The notes under the pieces are model-generated. The model was not told where the DNA came from and made no database searches. It saw only the letters and a list, made by a program, of their open reading frames with translations. A program made the translations under genes and the position numbers. Shown in pieces: positions 29,401-38,945 of a stretch of DNA of 64,000 bases. Every line of letters begins with the position of its first letter. Within the stretch, counting starts at the first letter, position 1. The DNA is from a virus, in IMG/VR virus record IMGVR_UViG_3300009502_000034, positions 1 to 64,000 of that record; one strand, 5' to 3'.

Positions 29401-29747
29401 ACATCGCAAGTCAGATTTTAGACGGCACTAAGACTGAAGATTTAAAAATACCCAAAGTAAAACTAGAGACTCAGGAAGAAAAAGATGGAGTGATGGCGGA
29501 AGAGCCAGCAGCTCTTTCTAATATGAAGACAGACTTGCTTGGCGGTCCTATGGGCGGTGGTGGTACACCCCCTCCGCCACCGATACCCGGCGCAGAATCA
29601 TTAGAGGCTCCAGGCCCATCAGCGGAAGCTGAAGCCGGAAAAAAGACAGGCGTTAATGGCCTAGAAGAAGCTGTTGGTGGACCGACAGAATCTAAGCTTC
29701 CTGGTGAACAAGGGTCTGCGGAAGCCGGCGGACCACCAGCACTATAA
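26436..29747 (+). CDS. portal protein containing an intein
   Basis: IRNIIDLH...LLGEG...PRGVSP portal-like motifs; position in head module; Pro/Gly-rich tail. Confidence 0.75.
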   Translation: MPKEDPKIDKSLIKKLNASKPIGIRAGFHRQSAEDIADKITMARDKQTAKGFSRQANDMSFQSTGGADRVPLLYMDPLFDPVIMMFPKDNVRELNRRLRHYYQYNPYIRNIIDLHSELPLSDFDLKCEDPAIEKYYNEFKQRKQVLETFIMMSKDYWLLGEGMMYGNWDEYNREFSSFNQYPPEDVEIKNTYLNEYIYLMKPNETIKKQMHSADPIDMKLNDVLEAEMPDFYNKMMSGQPYIFNNSRFMHLARRPNKYTPRGVSPVLSIVKDLMYEDKLRMLLMTFVDRHVFPIKIFKIGSEAKGWVPPPSKMKEFENLLLQACFPEDITEILTDSGFKKHWEITDTDKLATVNPTTGLMMYEKPSKKYVYDWSDDGAVHEDNGLEPEAVGATIESLRKLGKAIGLDSYEKIPQYVSSLKRPYIKAFIDSFLSERKVYYRSDISAKELRLRNIDMVDSLKQLFLTLGYKARVLHNEYQGVMAYNLQWVDYGTDLIHFKTESVDCVVTPNHRMLVKDYRNDGEWKAKEAYEVKTGDQFRTYVDGVEDNIEVPKTYRLGKYDIDMKDFVELIGYVVTEGGIDAKNRRTVITQSSSANQDICEKIKSCLDRSGISYRVHSRDFESTLKGKKYKNKLNDYVINDVDITNQLSLLLGVKTKEKHLPNIVKNLPKEYLQILFDAMIDGDGTIIKSNLGDYNRFYFYPSSDELAKDFQEICFKLGFNSSCRERFMKSPSSEKILRSLRINIVKRDGKKIKKNFEPVIYKKSQVTKEKYSGKVFCYDVGANHTLIVRQNGKILITMNSNDPDFNIVTHPFVNVDYVVGNDKIMDVTAHMDWVAKRYMVGLFVNDTVLHGELGTYAAQSVSLKVLMNKYMAFRESVSGLSIDKIFKPLAVARGFKKRKQADLDHNVRTTADEYDVPKVFWRRMNLLNSRDLMEMVSRLRENGEVPFKYVADIFDWDVEGIKNGFKEEEGTSLDKLWRDIRIKKSEDPNIASQILDGTKTEDLKIPKVKLETQEEKDGVMAEEPAALSNMKTDLLGGPMGGGGTPPPPPIPGAESLEAPGPSAEAEAGKKTGVNGLEEAVGGPTESKLPGEQGSAEAGGPPAL
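27405..28832 (+). mobile_element. intein in portal (476 aa, LAGLIDADG)
   Basis: A|CFPEDITEILT; TPNHRM block B; IGYVVTEG and AMIDGDG; ends ILITMN|S. Confidence 0.88.
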
Positions 29748-29756
29748 GGAGATAAT

Positions 29757-30095
29757 ATGGAATGGTTAAGAAAGGCTGCAGATTTGCACACAACAATTCA
29801 CTCAGACACAACTGCCGGGCTATCTTTACTAATTGCACAATATCAACGGAAGGGATGGACGTTGATTGACACTTATGAAATTGATAAGGGTCATTTTACA
29901 CCAGAGGGATTTGTTGGTAAATATTCAGCCCTTTTAAAAAAGCCAGAAGATGTGATCCCAGAGAATATGCAGGTCGTTGAATCCGAGACTAATGCTAACA
30001 AGGGTTCAGGTGCCGGAGCGGATACAGCCGGTGAACATGGTCTTTCTCCAACCGGTACTACCCCATATATCATGCCTGGGACTGGTCAAAAATGA
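29757..30095 (+). CDS. small putative head protein
   Basis: AAGGAG RBS; begins MEWLRKAA. Confidence 0.6.
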   Translation: MEWLRKAADLHTTIHSDTTAGLSLLIAQYQRKGWTLIDTYEIDKGHFTPEGFVGKYSALLKKPEDVIPENMQVVESETNANKGSGAGADTAGEHGLSPTGTTPYIMPGTGQK

Positions 30096-30340
30096 AAGAA
30101 AAAATGTCTATAGGTGATATGGAACGTGTGCATGATTCCGTTTCTGCCGCCTTTAATAGGATAGCAAACGAGTTAAGTGCTGTCCGTAAAGAGACGGAAG
30201 AAATGGATTACGATGCTTCTAGAAAGATACAAATTTGCGTAGGCGTTTTAAAAGCCACGCTATATGAAATACAAGACTACATAGAGACTGAGAGGCGTAA
30301 TGCAAACAGGAATGCCATGGTTAATAAGAAGAGCAGATAG
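30092..30340 (+). CDS. hypothetical protein
   Basis: ATGA overlap. Confidence 0.55.
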   Translation: MKEKMSIGDMERVHDSVSAAFNRIANELSAVRKETEEMDYDASRKIQICVGVLKATLYEIQDYIETERRNANRNAMVNKKSR

Positions 30341-30812
30341 CACAGTATCACCATCATCTGTGCAGGAGTTTCTTAGGTCCGAAGATTTTGCTCAAGCTTG
30401 GAAGGATGCGCCCGGTATGAATTACGAGGGCGTTAATATGAACAGGCACCCCACTCTTATCAATCTCAACAAGGTATTTCAAACAGACAATAAATTTAGA
30501 AAATGCGACACCTGTGGCAAGGTGTTGAGAGATAGTAAATCTAGATGTGAAAAGTGTGCGCTCAATCATCCACAAAAGAATATGGTGAAAACGGACAAGG
30601 CAATAGTAAAAGATAAAAATAAAGATTCAAATAAAAAGATGATCGAGAATGCTCCAACAGCCGGTAAACAAAATTCTAATACATATTATAATTCTGGAGC
30701 AGATGATGAAATTAAGGGCAACTCGACGTATGACGCTTATAAGAACTATCTTATTACAGTAAAACCAGACGGACAAGAGGGTGCGTATACCCACACTACG
30801 CACAGCGATTAA
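30312..30812 (+). CDS. hypothetical zinc-finger protein
   Basis: begins MPWLIRRAD; CDTC...CEKC. Confidence 0.55.
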   Translation: MPWLIRRADSTVSPSSVQEFLRSEDFAQAWKDAPGMNYEGVNMNRHPTLINLNKVFQTDNKFRKCDTCGKVLRDSKSRCEKCALNHPQKNMVKTDKAIVKDKNKDSNKKMIENAPTAGKQNSNTYYNSGADDEIKGNSTYDAYKNYLITVKPDGQEGAYTHTTHSD

Positions 30813-30813
30813 T

Positions 30814-31026
30814 ATGTGGCTTCTTAAGGCAGAGTTAATAGATGATTTGACCATAGAGGATATACGGAAACAGCTTGATTTTATAAAGGGTTTAGATGCA
30901 TATCGTCAAAAAAACGGTCTTACATTAAGCGGGAATGCTTTAAAGGTGCGTAGAGAAAGGTTAAGATTCATTAAAAAGTGGAAGGAGAAGCACCTTCAAC
31001 AGCTTGAGCTGCCTCTAGATATCTAA
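30814..31026 (+). CDS. small protein ending QLELPLDI
   Basis: start moved to ATG after upstream stop; begins MWLLKA. Confidence 0.55.
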   Translation: MWLLKAELIDDLTIEDIRKQLDFIKGLDAYRQKNGLTLSGNALKVRRERLRFIKKWKEKHLQQLELPLDI

Positions 31027-31030
31027 AATA

Positions 31031-31057
31031 GGTTATAATAAGCCTTATATATTGAAG
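31031..31057 (+). promoter_or_regulatory. phage-specific promoter-like motif, copy 3
   Basis: GGTTATAATAAGCCTTATATATTG. Confidence 0.65.
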
Positions 31058-31086
31058 GGCAAGTGTAGTGGTATCAAGGAGATAAT

Positions 31087-31296
31087 ATGGCATTCTCACG
31101 TAGAGGAACCAGCGAACCAGTAATTGAAGTGATAGATGGCTACGATAAGAAAAACGAGCAGGCAATACTGTGCCCGGAATGTAAAAAGCCGTTAAATTTA
31201 AAATCGTCTTCTGGCATAATTCGCCAGGGTTCGAAATTAATAATCGGCCAGATAATTATAAAGTGTTCAAGTTGTGGCAAGCAAGTCAGAGTATAA
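31087..31296 (+). CDS. zinc-ribbon protein (Com-like)
   Basis: CPECKK...IKCSSCG. Confidence 0.6.
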   Translation: MAFSRRGTSEPVIEVIDGYDKKNEQAILCPECKKPLNLKSSSGIIRQGSKLIIGQIIIKCSSCGKQVRV

Positions 31297-31305
31297 GGAG
31301 ACACG

Positions 31306-31887
31306 ATGGACTCATTTAAAAGAAATGCTTGGGAAGTATCCGACATTCAAAACACGAAAGCTGAATTGCAGTCTATTTTGGATGAAATGCAAGGGGTCCC
31401 AGATTACACAGCATTTAAAGTAAAATGCGAGAATCTTGCCGCTAAAATTAAAGGTCTTTTAGAAATCAACGACGAAGCTCACGTTTATTTGTTCCAAAAT
31501 TCTAAGATTGTAGAAAAGATATCTTCTATGGGCGTATACTTCAAGAACGTTTCTAATAGTGCTCGGAAGAGTCAAGAAATACTTGCGCAGTACATTAAGT
31601 CTTTAGAGGTTATGTCCAACGCAAATAACTCAGCAGGTGTCGCAAAAGATGTGGCGGTACAAGATGTAGCGGTGCAAGATGTGAGCGATATATCAGAAGC
31701 CCCGGCATCAGCCCCAATAGTGGTTCCGCCGCCGCCAGAAATTGCCACTCAAGGTCCTCTTTCCAAAGAATCTCGTCAAGCAGCCGCTCAATATTTAAAT
31801 CTTACTGCGGCTGATAAAAAGAAACACAAAAGAGATTTAGCTATTAAAAAGGCTAAAGAAAAAGCTAAAGCAAAAAAGGGTAAATAA
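31306..31887 (+). CDS. hypothetical protein with basic C-terminus
   Basis: AAGGAG RBS. Confidence 0.65.
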   Translation: MDSFKRNAWEVSDIQNTKAELQSILDEMQGVPDYTAFKVKCENLAAKIKGLLEINDEAHVYLFQNSKIVEKISSMGVYFKNVSNSARKSQEILAQYIKSLEVMSNANNSAGVAKDVAVQDVAVQDVSDISEAPASAPIVVPPPPEIATQGPLSKESRQAAAQYLNLTAADKKKHKRDLAIKKAKEKAKAKKGK

Positions 31888-31888
31888 C

Positions 31889-34800
31889 ATGTGGATGAGA
31901 TATGGTTCTCTTGTTGACATTAGTGTTTTAAACGAGAAAGAATTAACAGAAACAGGCATGATCAAAACAGCCAATCTAGCAAATGAGTGGAGAGAAATAG
32001 TAAAGAAGTCGTACACTCTTCCAACTTATGAAATACATGGCGAGTTAGATATGGACAACTTCGTGTACTTTCGTGCTAGGGCAATTTCTGCGGGTGAGAA
32101 ATATAGTTGCAACGGTAACGGAGATTATTTCCCAGCCGAAGAAATTAAGAAATCTATAGGGACGTTTGTAGGAAAAGGATTTTACATAGAACATAAATCC
32201 GATGATCCAGATAAAGCCGTCGGTATTATAGTATCAGCTAAGTATCTAGAGCCGGTCGACTACGCAGAATGCATAGTTGCCGTCAGCAAGAAAGATGCAC
32301 CAGATGTTTGTGAAGAGCTTATTAATCATCGTCTTAATGCAGTAAGCATGGGTTGTTTTTTAGCCGGGACCCCGGTGTTGCTATCAGACGGTGTCTCTGT
32401 CCCGATAGAAACGGTAGATGAGGGAAGTGAAGTAATATCGCACACAGGCAAGAATAGAGTTGTTACCCATGCAATTAAACAACACTATTCTGGAGATCTC
32501 TATAAAGTAAGTGTAAATGGTAATGGGAACGCCACCATAAACGCAACAGCGGAACACCCATTTTATGCCATAGTTAAAAATAAAAAGTGTGTGTGTGGAT
32601 GCGGTAGTGAGCTCCCTCAGAAAACAAATTCTTCTAAGAGGTCTTTTGATAGGCAATACATAACTGGTCATCATCAAAATGTAAAGAACAGCAATCCTAA
32701 GGCGGCTACTGCGTTATTAGAAGCTGTAGAGACAAAGATAGAGCCAAAGTTTGTTGAGGTAAAAGAATTAACGGTTGGCGATCTTCTGTTATGTCCGGTG
32801 TCATGCGATATTGTGGACTCAGGCATCACGGAAGGCCAAATGAAACTCATAGGTTACTTTTTGGCAGAGGGAAACTATCTTAAGCGTCAAGGTTCAGTTA
32901 GTGCTATTCAGTTTAATTTAAATAGCAATGAAGAATTTACTCTCGCAGAAGATATTATCAACTTAATTAAAAAAGAGTTTAACATAGTTGCCAAAAAATA
33001 TTTTTATACCACGAGACTGAGTTCTATGACCGTGCAGGCATGCGGCAAGGACCTGGCGCAGTGGTTTTACAAGCATTGTGGTGAATATTCTCATGGTAAG
33101 AAAATATCTTATGAGGTAGTACAAGAAGATCCGAAAAAACAGATCTCTCTGTTGGCTGGTTGGCTTAATGGAGATGGGCATTTACATATAGATGACACAC
33201 GTAAAACATTAACAGAGTGTACGACTTCTCCACTGCTAATAGAACAGTTAAGATATGTAGCCGCAAGATGTGGGATTCGTACGTATGTATCTGTCGCATC
33301 ACAGAGGGAAAATAGGATGCAAGCATACACGCTTGGGTTTTCTTTACCGTGTTCTAGTGAACTGATAAAGAAAACCAAATGGTCATCCGAAAAAATTGAT
33401 TTTGGTGATCCAAGCATAGCAAGCAAATTTGATAATTATTTAACATATCCTATAACAAATATAGAAAAAGAACATTATGATGGTATGGTTTATAATTTAG
33501 AAGTTGCGGATGACAACTCTTATATTGCCGGTGGGGTTAGTGTGCATAATTGTCTTTGCCATGAAGCCCAGTGTAGCGTGTGCGGAAATGTGGCACATAA
33601 CAATGACACCTTGTGCATGCACATGAAGCCTTATCTGGACGCAAAGGGAGAGATTCCTAACCCATCATTCATAAAGGGTAGGGAAGTATCTGCAGCGGTC
33701 TCAGTATTCAGCGGTATTAAGGCATTCAATGGAAGACACGTTGCATACGAAATTAACAGAAAATTAATATTCAATGAACTGTCCGGCGTTAAGAAACCTG
33801 CGGATAGGGATGCGAATATTTATACGAACACGATTATAGCAAATAAAAGGGAGGAAATAACCATGCCAGGAGAAAACCTGTTAGATAAGCTTTCTTATAA
33901 CGATTATAAGAATCTTAAAAAGGCGCTTGCTGAAGATGATGATGAATTTATCACCAAGATAGCCAAGAAGATTAAGGCTGAAATAGGCGAGACCGTAAAG
34001 AAAGAAGAAGAAAAAGAGGCAAAGAAGGACGAAGACAAAGAGAAGAAAGGTGACGATACTCCAGCTAAAGAAGAAAAAAAGCCGGAGGCTGCTAAGGTAG
34101 AGCCAGAGAAAAAGGCTCCCGAAGACGCAAAAGGTCAGATGAACAAGGTTAAAGAAGAAATTAAGGATCTTAAAGAAGAAATTAAGGAAGTAAAGGAAGA
34201 AATCAAAGAAGTAAAGGTTGATGTGTCAGAAGTGTCTAATGAAGAAAAGGCTGAAGTAAAAGAGGAAAAGAAGGAGGGCGAGGAAGAAGCAGCGGAAGTG
34301 CCAGAAGAAGCAGGAGAAGATAAACTTGAGATGAGCGATGATGAGCTGCAAAAAGCACTCGACGAAATCAATAGCGGCACGGAAGAGGGCGCACCAGCCG
34401 AGGGAGCACCGGCAGCACTTAGCGCAGAGGCTCCAGTTCCTGAAGCAAGTAATTTACTGCCAGAGGCCGAGGGAGCACCCCTTGCAGCTGCGGCATCACA
34501 AAATAGCAATATAAAGGAGGGAAACATCATGAATCTAGTTTATGTACCAGGATCAACATTTGAAACGTCATATTTTGTCGCCTCAAACGATAAAGGGGAT
34601 AAAAAGGCTCTTAAGGCTTCAGAGGTAATCCCGGCCGCAATTCAGGAAAAAATACTAAAAGAGGCCACCGATGTTCCTAAGACAGAAGATGTTATAGCGA
34701 ACATTGTTAAGGCTTGCGAATCATCTTATGATAATTTTGTTAAGATGGCAAGCGACAAAGAAGGATTTTCTAAGAAAGCGTATGACTTCTTTGCTTTTAA

Positions 34801-35371
34801 AATGGAGAATGCGCCTAAGTCTGAAAATGGCACAGAACCCATCATGGCTCTAAATGAGAAAGAAGTGGCGAGTAAAGAAAAGGCCACAAGGTCAGCGCCC
34901 AAAACCATATCGACCTACTACAATAGGTTGCCTGGTTCCACAGTTGCTGAGCCAGAAATAGCTCTTAATCTTAAGAGTGCTCTTGATGAAACTACAAAGA
35001 CCGTTGAAAGCTTAAAGAAAATAATTGCTGAGAAAGATGCAACCATCTCTAAGCTCTCTACCGACCTTGACGTAGTTTCGAAGAAAGTGAAAGCAGAAGA
35101 TGTATCAAAGGTACTTGAAGGCGTCACTGTCACCGACGAAGACAAAACCAGACTTTCAGAACAGCTTTCAACCCTTAGCGAACCTCAGCTTGCACTGGTT
35201 AATGAGATAGTTAAGACAGCAAAAGTAAGGGAAGTAAGGGCTTCAATCTCCGCAGGTGATAATGCACCTCAGATAATCAAAGATGAGACCGGAAACGAAT
35301 CGCCAGTTGAATCTTTAATTCATACTTGGATCGACCTCACGGACGCCAAGAATTCTAGCAACGAGCAGTAA
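31889..35371 (+). CDS. prohead protease with intein, fused to an acidic scaffold region
   Basis: NGNGDYF, YIEH, AVSMG|C, ELSGVKKPAD motifs; Glu/Lys-rich coiled coil; lies upstream of capsid genes. Confidence 0.82.
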   Translation: MWMRYGSLVDISVLNEKELTETGMIKTANLANEWREIVKKSYTLPTYEIHGELDMDNFVYFRARAISAGEKYSCNGNGDYFPAEEIKKSIGTFVGKGFYIEHKSDDPDKAVGIIVSAKYLEPVDYAECIVAVSKKDAPDVCEELINHRLNAVSMGCFLAGTPVLLSDGVSVPIETVDEGSEVISHTGKNRVVTHAIKQHYSGDLYKVSVNGNGNATINATAEHPFYAIVKNKKCVCGCGSELPQKTNSSKRSFDRQYITGHHQNVKNSNPKAATALLEAVETKIEPKFVEVKELTVGDLLLCPVSCDIVDSGITEGQMKLIGYFLAEGNYLKRQGSVSAIQFNLNSNEEFTLAEDIINLIKKEFNIVAKKYFYTTRLSSMTVQACGKDLAQWFYKHCGEYSHGKKISYEVVQEDPKKQISLLAGWLNGDGHLHIDDTRKTLTECTTSPLLIEQLRYVAARCGIRTYVSVASQRENRMQAYTLGFSLPCSSELIKKTKWSSEKIDFGDPSIASKFDNYLTYPITNIEKEHYDGMVYNLEVADDNSYIAGGVSVHNCLCHEAQCSVCGNVAHNNDTLCMHMKPYLDAKGEIPNPSFIKGREVSAAVSVFSGIKAFNGRHVAYEINRKLIFNELSGVKKPADRDANIYTNTIIANKREEITMPGENLLDKLSYNDYKNLKKALAEDDDEFITKIAKKIKAEIGETVKKEEEKEAKKDEDKEKKGDDTPAKEEKKPEAAKVEPEKKAPEDAKGQMNKVKEEIKDLKEEIKEVKEEIKEVKVDVSEVSNEEKAEVKEEKKEGEEEAAEVPEEAGEDKLEMSDDELQKALDEINSGTEEGAPAEGAPAALSAEAPVPEASNLLPEAEGAPLAAAASQNSNIKEGNIMNLVYVPGSTFETSYFVASNDKGDKKALKASEVIPAAIQEKILKEATDVPKTEDVIANIVKACESSYDNFVKMASDKEGFSKKAYDFFAFKMENAPKSENGTEPIMALNEKEVASKEKATRSAPKTISTYYNRLPGSTVAEPEIALNLKSALDETTKTVESLKKIIAEKDATISKLSTDLDVVSKKVKAEDVSKVLEGVTVTDEDKTRLSEQLSTLSEPQLALVNEIVKTAKVREVRASISAGDNAPQIIKDETGNESPVESLIHTWIDLTDAKNSSNEQ
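32354..33550 (+). mobile_element. intein in prohead protease (399 aa, LAGLIDADG)
   Basis: G|CFLAGTPV; TAEHPF; IGYFLAEG and GWLNGDG; VYNLEV...VSVHN|C. Confidence 0.93.
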
Positions 35372-35397
35372 AATTTAATTAAGGAGGAAGACGGTTT

Positions 35398-35907
35398 ATG
35401 ATAAACGAAAGTTTGAACCAAACAATATTCACGCATGGCATAAATATTGAAAAAGCCCTGCTTGAATGGAACGATGCCACCGTTACCGCAGCGGTTACCA
35501 TTAACGCCGGCGGATGCGTAAGGCTCGATTCTACCACAGGTCCTGCAACACTCGTCCCCGTCACTACGGACGTGAAGGTTCTTGGTCTTGCGAAATCCAA
35601 CAAGAACATCTATGTCGACGAAGTCGGCGGGGCACTCGGAGGTATCTACGGCTCTGGGAAAATGGGAGTAATAATCAAAGGCATAGTAACACTTATGTCT
35701 AACTACTACCAGGATCCAGTAACCGGGGTTATCAATGAGTTCAAAACCTTTGACGGAACTTCGTTCACAAAAGGTGCCGCAGTATATGCGTCAGCCACAA
35801 GCATCATCAATACTACTGGTGCTTCTGGTACGACTAACTGTAAAGTTGGATCAGTGCTGGATTACAATAGCACGACCAAAACACTTCAAATTCTAGTTGA
35901 CTGCTAA
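35398..35907 (+). CDS. head decoration/cement protein
   Basis: between scaffold and capsid genes; VLGLA, GSGK, KVGSV pattern. Confidence 0.65.
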   Translation: MINESLNQTIFTHGINIEKALLEWNDATVTAAVTINAGGCVRLDSTTGPATLVPVTTDVKVLGLAKSNKNIYVDEVGGALGGIYGSGKMGVIIKGIVTLMSNYYQDPVTGVINEFKTFDGTSFTKGAAVYASATSIINTTGASGTTNCKVGSVLDYNSTTKTLQILVDC

Positions 35908-35924
35908 TAAAGGAGGAGAATAAT

Positions 35925-37791
35925 ATGATAGGCAAACTTTCCAATCTAACATCGAGAGACAAGGATAATTTCATCAAAGAATTGATGAAAGTATCCGAAA
36001 AAGTCCTCGGCGAAGAAGGCATGACTAAATCAGCTTCAGCGACCGTACCGTACAACGCTATGTCGACGAAGGCTGAATCTGCTTTCAACGCAATTTTCAC
36101 AGGCCCCAACGGCCTTAAGAGGGTCGCATTCGCTAGACAGTAGTATGGCGCTTTTACGGGAAACCGTAACCGAAACGTGAAATATGCTAGGAACTCCTTA
36201 GAGCCTCAACCACCGAAGAGTTAAAGTGTTGAGGATTGGACAACCAGCAGGAGGTTCAAGATGGGACATAAAAGAGTAAACAATCTCGCAATGACTTATG
36301 AGTTGGGATATGTGATAGGCGTATATTTTGGCGATGGTAGCATATGCAGTAGTGCCACCGAACAAAATAAGGGCAAGTCCTGGTTCTCTTTAACTACTAT
36401 AGATTTAGAGTTTGCAGAGTATGTTAAAGAGTGTTTGTCTATGTTTGTTGGTCCAATAGAAGGCGGGATCAATCACTACATAGATAAGAGATCTGGGAGA
36501 AAGCCGCAGAATCACTTGAGGGTAACTGCTTCAGATTTCTGTAGAGCAATATCGACAATCACAATGAATAAGACAAAGATACCAGAGATCGTTTACAATC
36601 ATCAATCAGTCAAACAAGGTTTCATAGAAGGCTTCCTTGATTCTGAGGGATGGGTAAGCAAAACTAAAGAAATTTGTAACAATCCAAAATCTAAGTATTA
36701 TGGACACAATCAATATAGAATAGGTTTTGGTTGTACAAATAAAGAAGTAATGAAGATAATGGGAAACTTTCTTTTTGAGTTTGGAGTTCAGATAAATCAG
36801 ATGAATGAGGCTCCAATACCGTCAGGAAAGACATTTTATCGTTACTTCATGAATATAGATAGTTTTGTTAACTCACCGCTCAAGTTCATAATTAAGAGGA
36901 AGCAAGATAGATTGATTGAATATAAAAGTCTTATCACCTCCCCAGAGACTACCAATCACAGCCCGCAGAAATAGGGTTAAGGTATAGTCCGATCTTCATA
37001 GAAATATGAAGCTAACAGAAATGATGCAGGTCCCTCTTAAGAACCGTCTTGACTACGTGGCAATCGGCCGTAACAGAATGATCCTCGTAGACGAAATACC
37101 TCAGGGTGAGGTGCCAATATACGACCTTGATATTCCTGAATTCGGCGCCGTTACTATCGCTTCTCGTGGAGAACCACCCCACTTTCAAACGAACATCAAA
37201 AGGCTCCAGTTCCCCACTTTCCCTCTTACCATCGATCATGAGTTGAAATGGGAAGAGATTCAGATTCGTAGATATCCTGCATTTGATAGGGCGAAGGAAC
37301 GTGTTGCCATATCAATGGCTATTGCAGAAGACGATCTGATAATCTCCACGCTTGCAACCGCAGTAAAGAACGGTCCCAACACTTCGTTCACAGCTTCTTC
37401 CGTGACAAGGTATGCTATAGCGGATGCTTTCAAACAGATCCTCAGCAACCAGTTAATAGTCGGCGGAATTGCGATGAACCCAGCGCAGTATGCGGACATT
37501 CTTAAATGGAATACCAGCGACCTTGACCAGGTTTCCGTAAATACCATAATCGAGACTGGGCTTTTCGGCTCAATCTTTGGTTCCAAAATGATGGTCTCCA
37601 CCAGGATACCAGCAGGAACAGTTTATGTTTTTACTACTCCTGACAAGCTCGGAAGGCTTCCAGAACGTAAGGGTGTTGAAGTCAAGATATTTGACAACAT
37701 ACCTAGGGCGCAATATGATATAGTTGGTTTCGAGCAGATCGGAATCGGCATTCATAATACGGCCGGCATTACCAGCTTTACGATCGCTTAA
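35925..37791 (+). CDS. major capsid protein, two exons (35925-36134 + 37024-37791, 325 aa)
   Basis: spliced junction reads KRVAFA|MQVPLKNRLDY in frame; HK97-like MNPAQYADI, GSIFG, IPAGTVY; followed by a strong terminator. Confidence 0.85.
36135..37023 (+). mobile_element. group I intron
   Basis: P AATATGCTAGGAA, Q AACCAGCAGG, R CAGAGACTACCA, S AAGGTATAGTCC; 5' exon ends in U paired to G in P1 (CGCU/GGCG); terminal omega-G. Confidence 0.9.
36261..36974 (+). CDS. intron-encoded LAGLIDADG homing endonuclease
   Basis: GYVIGVYFGDGS and GFIEGFLDSEG motifs. Confidence 0.9.
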   Translation: MGHKRVNNLAMTYELGYVIGVYFGDGSICSSATEQNKGKSWFSLTTIDLEFAEYVKECLSMFVGPIEGGINHYIDKRSGRKPQNHLRVTASDFCRAISTITMNKTKIPEIVYNHQSVKQGFIEGFLDSEGWVSKTKEICNNPKSKYYGHNQYRIGFGCTNKEVMKIMGNFLFEFGVQINQMNEAPIPSGKTFYRYFMNIDSFVNSPLKFIIKRKQDRLIEYKSLITSPETTNHSPQK

Positions 37792-37804
37792 TACCGTTTG
37801 ACAG

Positions 37805-37840
37805 ATAGGGAGTGTGGTTCTACTCCACACTCCCTATTTT
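37805..37840 (+). terminator. rho-independent terminator after capsid gene
   Basis: ATAGGGAGTGTGG / CCACACTCCCTAT followed by T-tract. Confidence 0.8.
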
Positions 37841-37864
37841 AAAATGAAAAGAATGGAGGACGAT

Positions 37865-38233
37865 ATGAAAATCAAGCTAAGTATGCGACTTAAGCTATAC
37901 TGGTTGTACGCTAAGTTGTTCGTGTTTAACCCGCCATATAGCGCCATAAAGTATATGATAAAAAAAATCACTAATTATATATCGTTTATTACTAGGTCAT
38001 CAGTGGTTTTTATTTTATCATATATTATAACATATGAAGTTCTTGCAGCAGCTCTTTTGAGGAAAAGCAATAAGAGTGTAAAACTATTGCAAGAACTTTT
38101 TGATTTTAATACAGAGATAGAAAAAATAATCAATAAGCTAACATTTGAGCCTCTCCCAGAAATTAAACCGGAAGAACAAGAAAAGTTAGCAGCCGAAGCC
38201 GAACCAGTAAAGCCTTCGTGGCTTAAAAAATAG
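37865..38233 (+). CDS. membrane-associated hypothetical protein
   Basis: GGAGG RBS before ATG 37865; hydrophobic segments. Confidence 0.55.
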   Translation: MKIKLSMRLKLYWLYAKLFVFNPPYSAIKYMIKKITNYISFITRSSVVFILSYIITYEVLAAALLRKSNKSVKLLQELFDFNTEIEKIINKLTFEPLPEIKPEEQEKLAAEAEPVKPSWLKK

Positions 38234-38255
38234 AACCTGAACCGAGGAGGAACAT

Positions 38256-38945
38256 ATGAAGTTTGTAAATTTGACCGAAACGATTGTACTTCTGTATGAC
38301 GATTCTAAGATGCATGGGCAGATAATGCCGGGTGGAATTTCCCTGGATATAGACGATAAAGTTGTAAAGGAATCTACCGCTATTCAGAAATTCTTGATGA
38401 ATGGGATAATTAAAGAATACGAGGGAGAGAAGGTTAAAGAAAGAACCCCTCGCCTTAGCGTCCCTTCAGTTATAGCAAAAGAGTCAATAAACAGGCCAGA
38501 CAGCACAATAGAGACAGTGGCGCAGCCTCCGCAGGTGAAAGTACAGGCTCACGTCGCAGCGGTTATACCAGACATAGAATCAATGGATTTTGTGCCAGGA
38601 CTTGGTGACGAAGGTGAGATGGTCATTAAGAGTAAGAAAGACCCAATAGGCGGGACATCTGAAAAGATATCCACGGTTATTAAAGAAAGAACAACAAAGG
38701 CCGGTAAGGCGCTAAAGGCATCTCTGGAAAAGGCCGAAGAAGATATTATGGCTGATAGGGCAGAAAGAGAGAAGCAGGCTAACGCTCCTGAGGAAATTAA
38801 GAAATTTATAGCTCAGAAATTTATGGCTAAAAAATGGGCTATATTAAAGTCTTTAGACAAAGAGTTCCTGAAGACCATAGCAGATTATGATAGTTCTGTC
38901 GCAGCTCTTGTTGAGCAGAGATTAACAGAACTAGAAAAAAACTAA
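38256..38945 (+). CDS. hypothetical protein
   Basis: GAGGAGG RBS. Confidence 0.7.
   Translation: MKFVNLTETIVLLYDDSKMHGQIMPGGISLDIDDKVVKESTAIQKFLMNGIIKEYEGEKVKERTPRLSVPSVIAKESINRPDSTIETVAQPPQVKVQAHVAAVIPDIESMDFVPGLGDEGEMVIKSKKDPIGGTSEKISTVIKERTTKAGKALKASLEKAEEDIMADRAEREKQANAPEEIKKFIAQKFMAKKWAILKSLDKEFLKTIADYDSSVAALVEQRLTELEKN

Noticed and set aside
36975-37023. Capsid gene starting at ATG 37006
   Set aside because: There is no RBS, and this segment is the intron's S/P9 region. The upstream 70-codon exon has the strong RBS.
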